From: Obrimoposthia wandeli
Taxonomy: Eukaryota
NCBI GenBank assembly: GCA_977020255.1
Contig: CDROCS010000960.1
Location: forward strand, 558,001 to 622,000
Direction: 5' to 3'
Length of the DNA stretch: 64,000 nucleotides
Shown here: positions 35,200-48,361 of the stretch, in pieces
Layout of the letters: each line of letters opens with the position of its first letter
Position numbering within the stretch: the stretch's first letter is position 1
The notes under the pieces: generated by a model
What the model saw: the letters and a program-made list of their open reading frames with translations, nothing else
Told to the model about the DNA's origin: nothing
Database searches by the model: none
Program-made: the position numbers and the translations under genes

Positions 35200-36255
35200 T
35201 TATATGCATAAGTATTCAGATAACTTACTTTCTTGCTTTATCTCGACCAAAATCAATTGTAGATGTGCAAAACTATGATTCATTATGTTTTTAATGCTAT
35301 TCTCACAGTTTAAAAGGGTATTGTAATAATTAAGCATCGTTATCGTGTTTTATAATTTTCCCATATTTAATTTTTTCAAGTACGAGCCCAGTCAAATACC
35401 GCTGAAACTTACAGTTTTGCCTACATTTACAAAGCAAAATAAACTTTGATAAATTTATTTACTTTTAATATTGATTATGATTTTCAATGTAATGATGAGG
35501 ATACACATTAATTCATAATCCCTCGGTTGAAAGCATTCAATTTTGATAATACAAAAAGACAACACATTTCATTACATGCGAGTGATGAACTTAGATCGTT
35601 TATTGCATCTCGATTTTGATGAAATTCCAACAAGAAATGCTTACATGGTTTTAGGAAGCAGAATGCATATGATAAACATATTCAAATGTATTCATTAAGC
35701 TAACAAGGAGAATCAATTTACAAAATGATTTAAAAGCGTTTTTCAAAGTGATGACTTGTCAAAATATTTTGCTGCAAAGTTTTTAGTATATGCTGATTTT
35801 GAGTCATTGCTAGCACCGTATTATTTATATAAGCATATTCATTTTTGTTTAAAACACCAGCCATATGATAAACATATTCAAATGTATTCATTAAGCTAAC
35901 AAGGAGAATCAATTTACAAAATGATTTAAAAGCGTTTTTCAAAGTGATGACTTGTCAAAATATTTTGCTGCAAAGTTTTTAGTATATGCTGATTTTGAGT
36001 CATTGCTAGCACCGTATTATTTATATAAGCATATTCATTTTTGTTTAAAACACCAGCCATATGATAAACATATTCAAATGTATTCATTAAGCTAACAAGG
36101 AGAATCAATTTACAAAATGATTTAAAAGCGTTTTTCAAAGTGATGACTTGTCAAAATATTTTGCTGCAAAGTTTTTAGTATATGCTGATTTTGAGTCATT
36201 GCTAGCACCGTATTATTTATATAAGCATATTCATTTTTGTTTAAAACACCAGCCA
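35200..36255 (+). pseudogene. Degenerate Polinton polB fragment
   Basis: KSIVDVQNYDSLCF, FHYMRVMNLDRLL, KKCLHGF, FLVYADFESLLAP and KHQP match the N-half of the 8978 polymerase. Confidence 0.8.
35666..36253 (+). repeat. Exact 196-bp tandem triplication
   Basis: Units start at 35666, 35862 and 36058 (CATATGATAAACATATTC...AAAACACCAGC). Confidence 0.95.
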
Positions 36256-36425
36256 AGTAGGTGCTTTGATGGAGTCTAGACCACTGGGGGGGGTCCCCTG
36301 TGTGCGCACACCAAGTTAAAGGGTGTCACACCATAAGGGTGTCACACCATAGAAATGTCACACCATAGCGTGTCACACCATAAGGGTATATGTTGCCTCA
36401 CCCTAGGGGTGTCTTGCCACACCAT

Positions 36426-37019
36426 AAGGGTCTGGCTCAGAAAGGTTATGAAGGTTTGAAGGTATGGTCGTGACCGTCTATGGTCGGCCAACATACCCAA
36501 GGGGTTGTGGTCATCCATAGGTCAAAGGGTCTGGCTCAGAAAGGTTATGAAGGTTTGAAGGTATGGTCGTGACCGTCTATGGTCGGCCAACATACCCAAG
36601 GGGTTGTGGTCGTCCATAGATCAAAGGGTCGGGGTCAGTTTTGACTTGAAACTTTGAAGGTATAATTAAGGTCAACTATGGTTGGCCGTCACATCTAAAG
36701 GGTTGTGGTCGTCCATAGGTCAAAGGGTCGGACTCAGTTTTGACTTGAAACTTTGAAGGTATAATTAAGGTCAACTATGGTTGGCCGTCACATCTAAAGG
36801 GTTGTGGTCGTCCATAGGTCAAAGGGTCGGGGTCAGTTTTGACTTGAAACTTTGAAGGTATAATTAAGGTCAACTATGGTTGGCCGTCACATCTAAAGGG
36901 TCATGGACGTCCATAAATCAAAGGGTCAAGGTCAGTTTTGACTTGAAACTTTGAAGGTATAATTAAGGTCAACTATGGTTGGCCATCACATCTAAAGGGT
37001 TGTGGTCGTCCATAGGTGA
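36426..37019 (+). repeat. About 99-bp subterminal minisatellite, 6 units
   Basis: AAGGGTC-initiated units at about 36426, 36523, 36623, 36722, 36821 and 36920. Confidence 0.85.
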
Positions 37020-39399
37020 AAGGGTCGGGCTAAAAACAAAGTCAAGTTTAAAATATCAAGGTTTTAGTACATGGTTGGAATCATCTTTAGAAGGTGAATT
37101 CAGTCATAAAGTATGGTCGGTCATATATGAAGGGTTCGGGATATAGACCAAATCAAGTTTTAAATGTCAAAGTTTTAATACATGGTTGTATTCATCTTTA
37201 GAAGACGAATTCATCCATATATGTATGGTCGTCCATAGATGAAGGGTTAAAGAAAAGTTGGAATTTCATAGTTTCAAGTACATGGTTGTATTCGTCAACA
37301 TATTACGAGTTTAATCATGTAAAATTTTTATGGTCGTTCACAAGTTAAGGGTAAGATTTGGAACAAACATGATAATTTTATTACATGGTTGTATTTGCAT
37401 ATGAAAATTGACTTCAAAGATACCCTTAAGGTCATGCATACTTTAAGAGGTCCTTGTGAAAAAAAAAAATAAAAATACTTGTAATTTTCTAAAATAAAAA
37501 TATTTTTAAATTTAAATTTGTGCCAAATTATTTTGTTAGATTTTGGTAAAGATAAACAAATTTTTAATTTAACAAGTTTTTTAAGATATTAAAGTAACAT
37601 TATTTAAAATAAATATTAAGGAAAAAGTTAATAAACTCAAATTACTTTACTAATAGTATTATTATTATTATAATTTGATAAATATTTAAATTTAAGCAAA
37701 TTTTTATCCATTTTATTAATGTAATTAAACAATTCTTTGCGGAAAAATTACTTGTAATTTTGTTTTTCTTCAAAATAATAATAATTTAAATTTGCGCCAA
37801 TTTAATTTGTTAGATATTAATAAAGTTAAACAAATTTTAATTTAACAAGTTTTTAAATATTAAAGTACCAACACATCTATCAATCAATTATTCTATGTGA
37901 AAGTTCACTCTTATCAGTTAAGGAATGTATTACGTAATAATACACACACTATTATATGTGAAAATTTAGTACAAAGTTTTTCCCAGGCTTAGGCATCTAA
38001 AGAATTATGGTAAAATTTCTTTAAATAACTTAAATTTCATGTCATAAGGGTCTTGGAGAAAAATACTTGTAATTTTCTAAAATAAAAATATTTTTAAAAT
38101 TTAAATTTGTGCCAAATTTTTTATCGTTTCTTTGATTTAATTAAACAAATTTGATTTTAAACATAATGTTAATTATAAAATAATTAATAATTTGATAAAA
38201 ATTCATCTTACCACAAGTTATTCATTGAATCCATTGATGTATGTCCGTCAGCCTAATAGCATTATTCTATAATCTTACTGTAACTTTAGAAAAAATAACA
38301 AATTTATTACATTAAAATTTAAAAATTGCGCGGTTTTTTATTGTTTACAATTAATGTATTTAAACAATGAAGAAAATAGTTTCAAACGCAAAGCAATTCA
38401 TATTAACAAGTACTATTTGATATTTTTAAAATATAAATAATTTATTTAAAAAAAAAAAGAATACTTCAAGTTCAAGTTAAATTTTGATAAAAGTCTGTAA
38501 AATGATAAATTCTAACATTTTTTTTATATGTAAATGACCGACATTTGTATATTATCCCTTTTGATGTATTTAAACAAATGTATATACAAACCTAATTATT
38601 ATAACTATAAGTTAAATATCTTAAATATTTATTAATTTTAAAATTGCATTATTTTATGATTGTAATTTATTCCTAAAATAATTTGTAATTTTCAAATTAA
38701 TACTAGCAACCAATGAATAACATTAATATGTTTACATTATATTAATTAATATGTACATTTTCATGTGTGTGTTTTCTCTCACATAACTTTCACATGTTAT
38801 AATGATCAATTAACACTCACATAAATAATTAAAACATCCTTATAACATTCCTTAATTGATTTTTATTTAAACTGATAAAATTAACTTCATGTTATTCAAA
38901 GCTTACTGGTTAAAGAAATGTTTATTTATATAATTTGAGTATTAACTTTATTCGATTTTCACTATAAATATTCGAAAATATCTTTAACACATTCAAAATA
39001 ATCATAACTTCATGTTATTCAAAGCTTACTGGTTAAAGAAATGTTTATTTATATAATTTGAGTATTAACTTTATTCGATTTACACTATAAATATTCGAAA
39101 ATATCTTTAACACATTAAAAAAAAAAAAATAACTTCAATTTTTAAAATTTGTATCGAATATTGAAAATTCATTTGAAAACACATGTTAATCAAAGCTACT
39201 GAAAGCCTTGTCTATAAATTCGAATATCAAATCTTTAATAATATTGTTTTATATGTAAATAAATCAAATTATGTATATATTCGATTATCAACTTAGTATT
39301 TATATTTATTATTCGACTTTCTAAAATAATTAAAATGTCTTGTAAAAACACATAAAATTAATTATCGATTGTATGAATTAGTACAAGTATGAATGCAAA

Positions 39400-40330
39400 T
39401 ATGAAGGCAAATACTAGTAAGAGCCTTAGCAAGTGAATGTAATTGAAAAAATAAGAGTGTCGAGAGTTTGATTGAATGCAAGTGTAATTTAGACTATAAG
39501 TAAATTAAAATAGAGTTTTCGTTGAATAAATTATAGTTAGATTGAATGCAAGTATGAATGTAAGTGAATGCTAGTATGAATTTCAATACAAGTAAGTGTC
39601 TTAGCAAGTGAATGTAATTTAAAAATAAGAGTGTCAATAGTTTGATTGAATTCGAGTGTAAGTTAGACTATAAGTAAATTAAAATAGAGTTTTCGTTGAA
39701 TAAATTATAGTTAGATTGAATGTAAATGAATGCAAGTATGAATTCAAGTGAATGCAAATACAAGCAAGAGTCTTAGCAAGTGAATGTAATTGAAAAAAAT
39801 AAAAATAAGAGTATCGATAGTTTGATTGAATGCGAGTGTAATTTAGACTATAAGTAAATTAAAATAGAGTTTTCGTATGAATAAAGTTATGTTAAGTTAC
39901 AGTAAATTAATAACAAGTAAGCAACTATAAGAAGCAGTGATATTGAAGTATGTTAAAAATTAGAACGACTAAGTTATGGCAAGATTAATAGAAAACAACA
40001 CTAAATTTGACAGTATGAATGAAAATTAGTAAAATATTAATGTATTTGAATGTATTTGAATGATAGTTTGAATAAATTACTGTTAGATTGAATGTAAATG
40101 AATGCAAGTATGATTGAATGCAGGGTCAAGTACAAGTAAGAAAGAATACGCAATATGCAAGTACGAATGTCAATTATGAATGAAAATTAGTAAATATATT
40201 AATGAATTTGAATGCTAGTTTAAATATATGAGAGTTAGAATGAATGTAAGTGAATGCAAGTATGAATGTAAGTGAATGCAAATATGAATACAAATACAAG
40301 TAAGAATCTTTGCAAGTGAATCTTAAACTG
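39400..40330 (+). repeat. GAATGCAAGT-type degenerate satellite with about 174-bp higher-order units (mirrored at about 43990-44950)
   Basis: AGCAAGTGAATGTAATT recurs at about 39428, 39602 and 39775. Confidence 0.8.
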
Positions 40331-42027
40331 CAAGTGAGTACTAGCTAATTATTAAATTAATACTATCAATCAATGAAGATGATGTAACAACCTGATGAAG
40401 TTATAATAATTAAGATGCGAACTTTCATATTTTCACATAGTTTACCTCCATATTAAAGTTAACCTTTCATACATACTCATGCAATTAAATAATTAAAATG
40501 TCTTATCTCGTTTGATAAAATTCCTTAATTGAAATATTTTAAAATAATTAGTTTAATTTAAATTCTTTATTTTTAAATAACTTGATTATACAATTATATT
40601 CGTAAATATAATTGAAATTATCATTATTCGTTTCTCTTTTTAACTATTCGAAAATATATTTAAATACAAATTTAGTAAATTAACTCAACAAACAATTTTA
40701 TTTTTTAATTACTTGATATTTTTGCCATTGTCTTATTAATATAATATGAATATTCAATTTATTTCTTCAAAAATTCATTTTTATATGTTAAATAATATTC
40801 TTTATCACATTATTGTGGTTTTTATCAAGTGATTTTAACATTAAACTATAAAAATATTTTAATTATAAAGTTAGTAGCTGTACCGCGCCCACTGCATATA
40901 ATATAAATTTCAAATATAAAGTATTATTAAATGTATTCTTTCAAATAGTAAAAGTTCTTTCGATTTATTTAGTTTTGTTTACTAGACATTCGAAAATTGA
41001 CTTGTAAACTAAATATATTTTCGCATATATTCACTTTAATATGCTGTAAGTTATTACTTTAATATAATTTACAACCTAAACTTCAAGTAATTTACTTAAT
41101 AATCATAATATTAATGATTTGTACGATAAATTGACTTGTAAACATAAAATATTTACAACAACAAACTTCAAGTAGTTTACTTATTAATGATAATTTAAGG
41201 ATTTGTACAATAAATTGACTTGTAAACATAATTTATTTTGCATATTCATTTAATATATTGTAAGTTAATACTGTAATATTTCATTACATAAAAAGTAATT
41301 CATAGTTTACTGTCGTTTACAATAAATTGACTTGTAAACATAATTTATTTTGCATATATTTAGTTTAATACGTTGTAAATTATTACTGTAATATTCCATT
41401 ACATAAAAAGTAATTGATATTTTACTGTCGTTTACTATAAATTTACTTGTAAACATAATATATTTATGAATATATTCAGTTTAATATGTTGTAAGTTAAT
41501 CGAACTAGTGTACTTGTACAAAATTTGTTCAAAAATTACTTGTAAACATAATATTTTTTGCATATATTTAGTTTAATACGTTGTAAGTTATTATTGTAAT
41601 ATTCCATTACATAAAAAGTAATTGATAGTTTAATGTAGTAAAATATTCGAAAATTATTTGTAAACAGATTATATTTTATTTTATTTTATTTTTTTTTTTT
41701 TTTTTTTACTATAAATTCAAAAAAAAAAACAACTTTGTTTTGCAATTTGAATAAATTTCCTTATTATTTAATATTTTGAATATTCATACTTATATGAATA
41801 TTGTATATTGTATATTTTTTATACAAGTATCGACATGTTGTGATTTGATTTCAAGGTTTATAATCAACGTGAATATAAATATAATTTATATATATATATA
41901 TATATATAACATTAGCTGCACAGTTATATGTTAAGTTAACTTGGTTATTGTTATAACAGTTTTTATTTAAAATATATATATAATAATAATAATAGAACGA
42001 AATATAAAATATATTAAAATACAGATA

Positions 42028-42690
42028 TCACCATAACTCTGGTTTACCTAGATGTTTCGCCCAAAACTCTTCAAGATACTCATCATCTAGATTAGCCTTA
42101 TACCATAATATTGGCAAAATCTCCTTCTCTGGTAATCCATATTTAGGGATAAGATTAGTAAGATTTCTCTCACAATCTCTCTGAAATGATAAAGTTAAAT
42201 TAAAATAGCCATTAAATAAATATACTCATACCATATAGAATTCCAAGTAAATTATTACAAATTTTTTGTAATCATGAATTTTTCCGATATAATTCTGCAT
42301 GAATGCAAGATCACTGTTTTTTAACGGACCATAATCTTCATTTAAACGATGGAGAATGTTGTCAATTATAACTACTTTTTCTGCTGTTAGTGCTTTTTTC
42401 ACCATATTTTCGTAGGGTAATTTATTTAATTTAAGTTTATAAGATAAAGCAAACATTTTTTGTTGATGAACATCAGCATACTTCATGATTAATTTGAACT
42501 TATTTTGAACATATAATAGAGCTTGTTTGTTTAATATTCCTTCTTCTTTCTCCAACTGTAAACTCCAAATTCTAATTAAATACTTTATTTCTTCTTCTTT
42601 GTTAGAGTCATAAATTATTTGTCGTGCTTCAACATCCTGGCAGACATCGTCATACATTTCTAGAAATTGCTGATCAGTGATTTCATTCAT
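42028..42690 (-). CDS. Two-exon hypothetical protein (203 aa): exons 42232-42690 and 42028-42180
   Basis: 51-nt phase-0 intron GTATGA...TTTCAG (42181-42231); splicing joins ...LEFYM to RDCERNLTNLIPKYGLPEKEILPILWYKANLDDEYLEEFWAKHLGKPELW*. Confidence 0.75.
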
Positions 42691-43099
42691 TTCCTTGTAC
42701 TAATTTAATTGTTAATAAATTATCTTATATAACTAATAATGAATACCTAGTTCCGTTAATCAATGAATTATCTATTATTCAATATCCTGTTAATTATATT
42801 AAGTATAAAATACATTTACTTTAGGTATACATATATATATATATATTTTAATAATAAGACAAAAAGTAAGAAAACGTATTTAGTTTTAATATTACAATCC
42901 TAAATATCATAACAACCAAGTTAACTTACCAGATAACTGTGTAGTTAAGGTAATTTATCATTTAGTCTAAAACAATGAATACCAAATCGCCTACAATGCA
43001 TGTATAATTTTTAATTGTCAACTACAGTAAACTATAATTACTCTTTGTGTACAGTAATAATTTTCAATATATTAAAGTAAACATTTACAAAATATAATC

Positions 43100-46000
43100 T
43101 GTTTACAAGTCAATTTATCGTACAAATCCTTAAATTATGATTAATAAGTAAACTACTTGAAGTTTGTTGTTGTAAATATATTATGTTTACAAGTCAATTT
43201 ATCGTACAAATCATTAATATTATGATTATTAAGTAAACTATTTGAAGTTTTGGTTGTAAATTATATTAAAGTAATAACTTACAACATATTAAAGTGAATA
43301 TATGCAAAATTATATTTAGTTTACAAGTCAATTTTCGAATGTCTAGTAAACAAAACTAAATAAATCGAAAGAACTTTTACTATTTGAAAGAATACATTTA
43401 ATAATACTTTATATTTGAAATTTATATTATATGCAGTGGGCGCGGTACAGCTACTAACTTTATAATTAAAATATTTTTATAGTTTAATGTTAAAATCACT
43501 TAATAAAAACCACAATAATGTGATAAAGAATATTATTTAACATATAAAAATGAATTTTTGAAGAAATAAATTGAATATTCATATTATATTAATAAGACAA
43601 TGGCAAAAATATCAAGTAATTAAAAAATAAAATTGTTTGTTGAGTTAATTTACTAAATTTGTATTTAAATATATTTTCGAATAGTTAAAAAGAGAAACGA
43701 ATAATGATAATTTCAATTATATTTACGAATATAATTGTATAATCAAGTTATTTAAAAATAAAGAATTTAAATTAAACTAATTATTTTAAAATATTTCAAT
43801 TAAGAAATTTTATCAAACGAGATAAGACATTTTAATTATTTAATTGCATGAGTATGTATGAAAGGTTAACTTTAATATGGAGGTAAACTATGTGATAATA
43901 TGAAAGTTCGCATCTTAATTATTATAACTTCATCAGGTTGTTACATCATCTTCATTGATTGATAGTATTAATTTAATAATTAGCTAGTACTCACTTGCAG
44001 TTTAAGATTCACTTGCAAAGATTCTTACTTGTATTTGTATTCATATTTGCATTCACTTACATTCATACTTGCATTCACTTACATTCATTCTAACTCTCAT
44101 ATATTTAAACTAGCATTCAAATTCATTAATATATTTACTAATTTTCATTCATAATTGACATTTGTACTTGCATATTGCGTATTCTTTCTTACTTGTACTT
44201 GTAAATGCATTCAATCATACTTGCATTCATTTACATTCAATCTAACTGTAATTTATTCAAACTATCATTCAAATACATTCAAATACATTAATATTTTACT
44301 AATTTTCATTCATACTGTCAAATTTAGTGTTGTTTTCTATTAATCTTGCCATAACTTAGTCGTTCTAATTTTTAACATACTTCAATATCACTGCTTCTTA
44401 TAGTTGCTTACTTGTTATTAATTTACTGTAACTTAACATAACTTTATTCATACGAAAACTCTATTTTAATTTACTTATAGTCTAAATTACACTCGCATTC
44501 AATCAAACTATCGATACTCTTATTTTTATTTTTTTCAATTACATTCACTTGCTAAGACTCTTGCTTGTATTTGCATTCACTTGAATTCATACTTGCATTC
44601 ATTTACATTCAATCTAACTATAATTTATTCAACGAAAACTCTATTTTAATTTACTTATAGTCTAACTTACACTCGAATTCAATCAAACTATTGACACTCT
44701 TATTTTTAAATTACATTCACTTGCTAAGACACTTACTTGTATTGAAATTCATACTAGCATTCACTTACATTCATACTTGCATTCAATCTAACTATAATTT
44801 ATTCAACGAAAACTCTATTTTAATTTACTTATAGTCTAAATTACACTTGCATTCAATCAAACTCTCGACACTCTTATTTTTTCAATTACATTCACTTGCT
44901 AAGGCTCTTACTAGTATTTGCCTTCATATTTGCATTCATACTTGTACTAATTCATACAATCGATAATTAATTTTATGTGTTTTTACAAGACATTTTAATT
45001 ATTTTAGAAAGTCGAATAATAAATATAAATACTAAGTTGATAATCGAATATATACATAATTTGATTTATTTACATATAAAACAATATTATTAAAGATTTG
45101 ATATTCGAATTTATAGACAAGGCTTTCAGTAGCTTTGATTAACATGTGTTTTCAAATGAATTTTCAATATTCGATACAAATTTTAAAAATTGAAGTTATT
45201 TTTTTTTTTTTAATGTGTTAAAGATATTTTCGAATATTTATAGTGTAAATCGAATAAAGTTAATACTCAAATTATATAAATAAACATTTCTTTAACCAGT
45301 AAGCTTTGAATAACATGAAGTTATGATTATTTTGAATGTGTTAAAGATATTTTCGAATATTTATAGTGAAAATCGAATAAAGTTAATACTCAAATTATAT
45401 AAATAAACATTTCTTTAACCAGTAAGCTTTGAATAACATGAAGTTAATTTTATCAGTTTAAATAAAAATCAATTAAGGAATGTTATAAGGATGTTTTAAT
45501 TATTTATGTGAGTGTTAATTGATCATTATAACATGTGAAAGTTATGTGAGAGAAAACACACACATGAAAATGTACATATTAATTAATATAATGTAAACAT
45601 ATTAATGTTATTCATTGGTTGTTAGTATTAATTTGAAAATTACAAATTATTTTAGGAATAAATTACAATCATAAAATAATGCAATTTTAAAATTAATAAA
45701 TATTTAAGATATTTAACTTATAGTTATAATAATTAGGTTTGTATATACATTTGTTTAAATACATCAAAAGGGATAATATACAAATGGCGGTAATTTAAAA
45801 AGATGTTAGAATTTATCATTTTACAGACTTTTATCAAAATTTAACTTGAACTTGAAGTATTCTTTTTTTTTAAAATAAATTATTTATATTTTAAAAATAT
45901 CAAATAGTACTTGTTAATATGAATTGCTTTGCGTTTGAAACTATTTTCTTCATTGTTTAAATACATTAATTGTAAACAATAAAAAACCGCGCAATTTTTA

Positions 46001-48361
46001 AATTTTAATGTAATAAATTTGTTATTTTTTCTAAAGTTACAGTAAGATTATAGAATAATGCTATTAGGCTGACGGACATACATCAATGGATTCAATGAAT
46101 AACTTGTGGTAAGATGAATTTTTATCAAATTATTAATTATTTTATAATTAACATTATGTTTAAAATCAAATTTGTTTAATTAAATCAAAGAAACGATAAA
46201 AATTTTGGCACAAATTTAAATTTAAAAAATATTTTTATTTTAGAAAATTACAAGTATTTTTCTCCAAGACCCTTATGACATGAAATTTAAGTTATTTAAA
46301 GAAATTTTACCATAATTCTTTTAGATGCCTAAGCCTGGGAAAAACTTTGTACTAAATTTTCACATAGAATAGTGTGTGTATTATTACGTAATACATTCCT
46401 TAACTGATAAGAGTGAACTTTCACATAGAATAATTGATTGATAGATGTGTTGGTACTTTAATATTTAAAAACTTGTTAAATTAAAATTTGTTTAACTTTA
46501 TTAATATCTAACAAATTAAATTGGCGCAAATTTAAATTATTATTATTTTGAAGAAAAACAAAATTACAAGTAATTTTTCCGCAAAGAATTGTTTAATTAC
46601 ATTAATAAAATGGATAAAAATTTGCTTAAATTTAAATATTTATCAAATTATAATAATAATAATACTATTAGTAAAGTAATTTGAGTTTATTAACTTTTTC
46701 CTTAATATTTATTTTAAATAATGTTACTTTAATATCTTAAAAAACTTGTTAAATTAAAAATTTGTTTATCTTTACCAAAATCTAACAAAATAATTTGGCA
46801 CAAATTTAAATTTAAAAATATTTTTATTTTAGAAAATTACAAGTATTTTTATTTTTTTTTCACAAGGACCTCTTAAAGTATGCATGACCTTAAGGGTATC
46901 TTTGAAGTCAATTTTCATATGCAAATACAACCATGTAATAAAATTATCATGTTTGTTCCAAATCTTACCCTTAACTTGTGAACGACCATAAAAATTTTAC
47001 ATGATTAAACTCGTAATATGTTGACGAATACAACCATGTACTTGAAACTATGAAATTCCAACTTTTCTTTAACCCTTCATCTATGGACGACCATACATAT
47101 ATGGATGAATTCGTCTTCTAAAGATGAATACAACCATGTATTAAAACTTTGACATTTAAAACTTGATTTGGTCTATATCCCGAACCCTTCATATATGACC
47201 GACCATACTTTATGACTGAATTCACCTTCTAAAGATGATTCCAACCATGTACTAAAACCTTGATATTTTAAACTTGACTTTGTTTTTAGCCCGACCCTTT
47301 CACCTATGGACGACCACAACCCTTTAGATGTGATGGCCAACCATAGTTGACCTTAATTATACCTTCAAAGTTTCAAGTCAAAACTGACCTTGACCCTTTG
47401 AATTATGGACGTCCATGACCCTTTAGATGTGATGGCCAACCATAGTTGACCTTAATTATACCTTCAAAGTTTCAAGTCAAAACTGACCTTGACCCTTTGA
47501 CCTATGGACGACCACAACCCTTTAGATGTGACGGCCAACCATAGTTGACCTTAATTATACCTTCAAAGTTTCAAATCAAAACTGACCTTGACCCTTTGAA
47601 TTATGGACGTCCATGACCCTTTAGATATGATGGCCAACCATAGTTGACCTTAATTATACCTTCAAAGTTTCAAGTCAAAACTGACCTTGACCCTTTGAAT
47701 TATGGACGACCACAACCCTTTAGATGTGACGGCCAACCATAGTTGACCTTAATTATACCTTCAAAGTTTCAAGTCAAAACTGAGTCCGACCCTTTGACCT
47801 ATGGACGACCACAACCCTTTAGATGTGACGGCCAACCATAGTTGACCTTAATTATACCTTCAAACCTTCAAGTCAAAACTGACCCCGACCCTTTGATCTA
47901 TGGACGACCACAACCCCTTGGGTATGTTGGCCGACCATAGACGGTCACGACCATACCTTCAAACCTTCAAGTCAAAACTGACCCCGACCTTTGATCTATG
48001 GACGACCACAACCCATTGGGTATGTTGGCCGACCATAGACGGTCACGACCATACCTTCAAACCTTCACAACCTTTCGGAGCCAGACCCTTTGACCTAGGG
48101 ACGACCACAACCCCTTGGGTATGTTGACCGACCATAGACGGTCACGACCATACCTTCAAACCTTCATAACCTTTCTGAGCCAGACCCTTATGGTGTGGCA
48201 AGACACCCCTATGGTGAGGCAACATATACCCTTATGGTGTGACACGCTATGGTGTGACATTTCTATGGTGTGACACCCTTATGGTGTGACACCCTTTAAC
48301 TTGGTGTGCGCACACAGGGGGGACCCCCCCCAGTGGTCTAGACTCCATCAAAGTACCTACT
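43100..48361 (-). repeat. Right arm (about 5.26 kb) of the palindromic element, with 9 minisatellite units
   Basis: GACCCTTT-type unit boundaries at about 47293, 47392, 47491, 47590, 47689, 47788, 47887, 47986, 48084 and 48183. Confidence 0.93.

Larger units (their letters stand above)
36256..41230 (+). repeat. Left arm (about 5 kb) of the palindromic element
   Basis: Near-identical reverse complement of about 43100-48361, with scattered substitutions and small indels. Confidence 0.93.
36256..48361. mobile_element. Non-autonomous Polinton-related giant palindromic element, 12,106 bp
   Basis: Termini AGTAGGTGCTTTGATGGAGTCTAG / CTAGACTCCATCAAAGTACCTACT; TSD CAGCCA at 36250-36255 and 48362-48367; shares CACACCATAAGGGT array and the 37890-38030 block with the first element's TIR. 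Confidence 0.93.

Noticed and set aside
36426-37019. Regularly spaced repeats resembling a CRISPR array (also 13030-13530 and 47290-48190)
   Set aside because: Units are contiguous tandem repeats with no unique spacers, in eukaryotic transposon context, with no cas genes
36256-48361. Palindrome as a chimeric-read or assembly fold-back artefact
   Set aside because: Arms differ by substitutions, indels and repeat number, the centre is unique, and a 6-bp TSD flanks both ends; spanning reads would still be the definitive test
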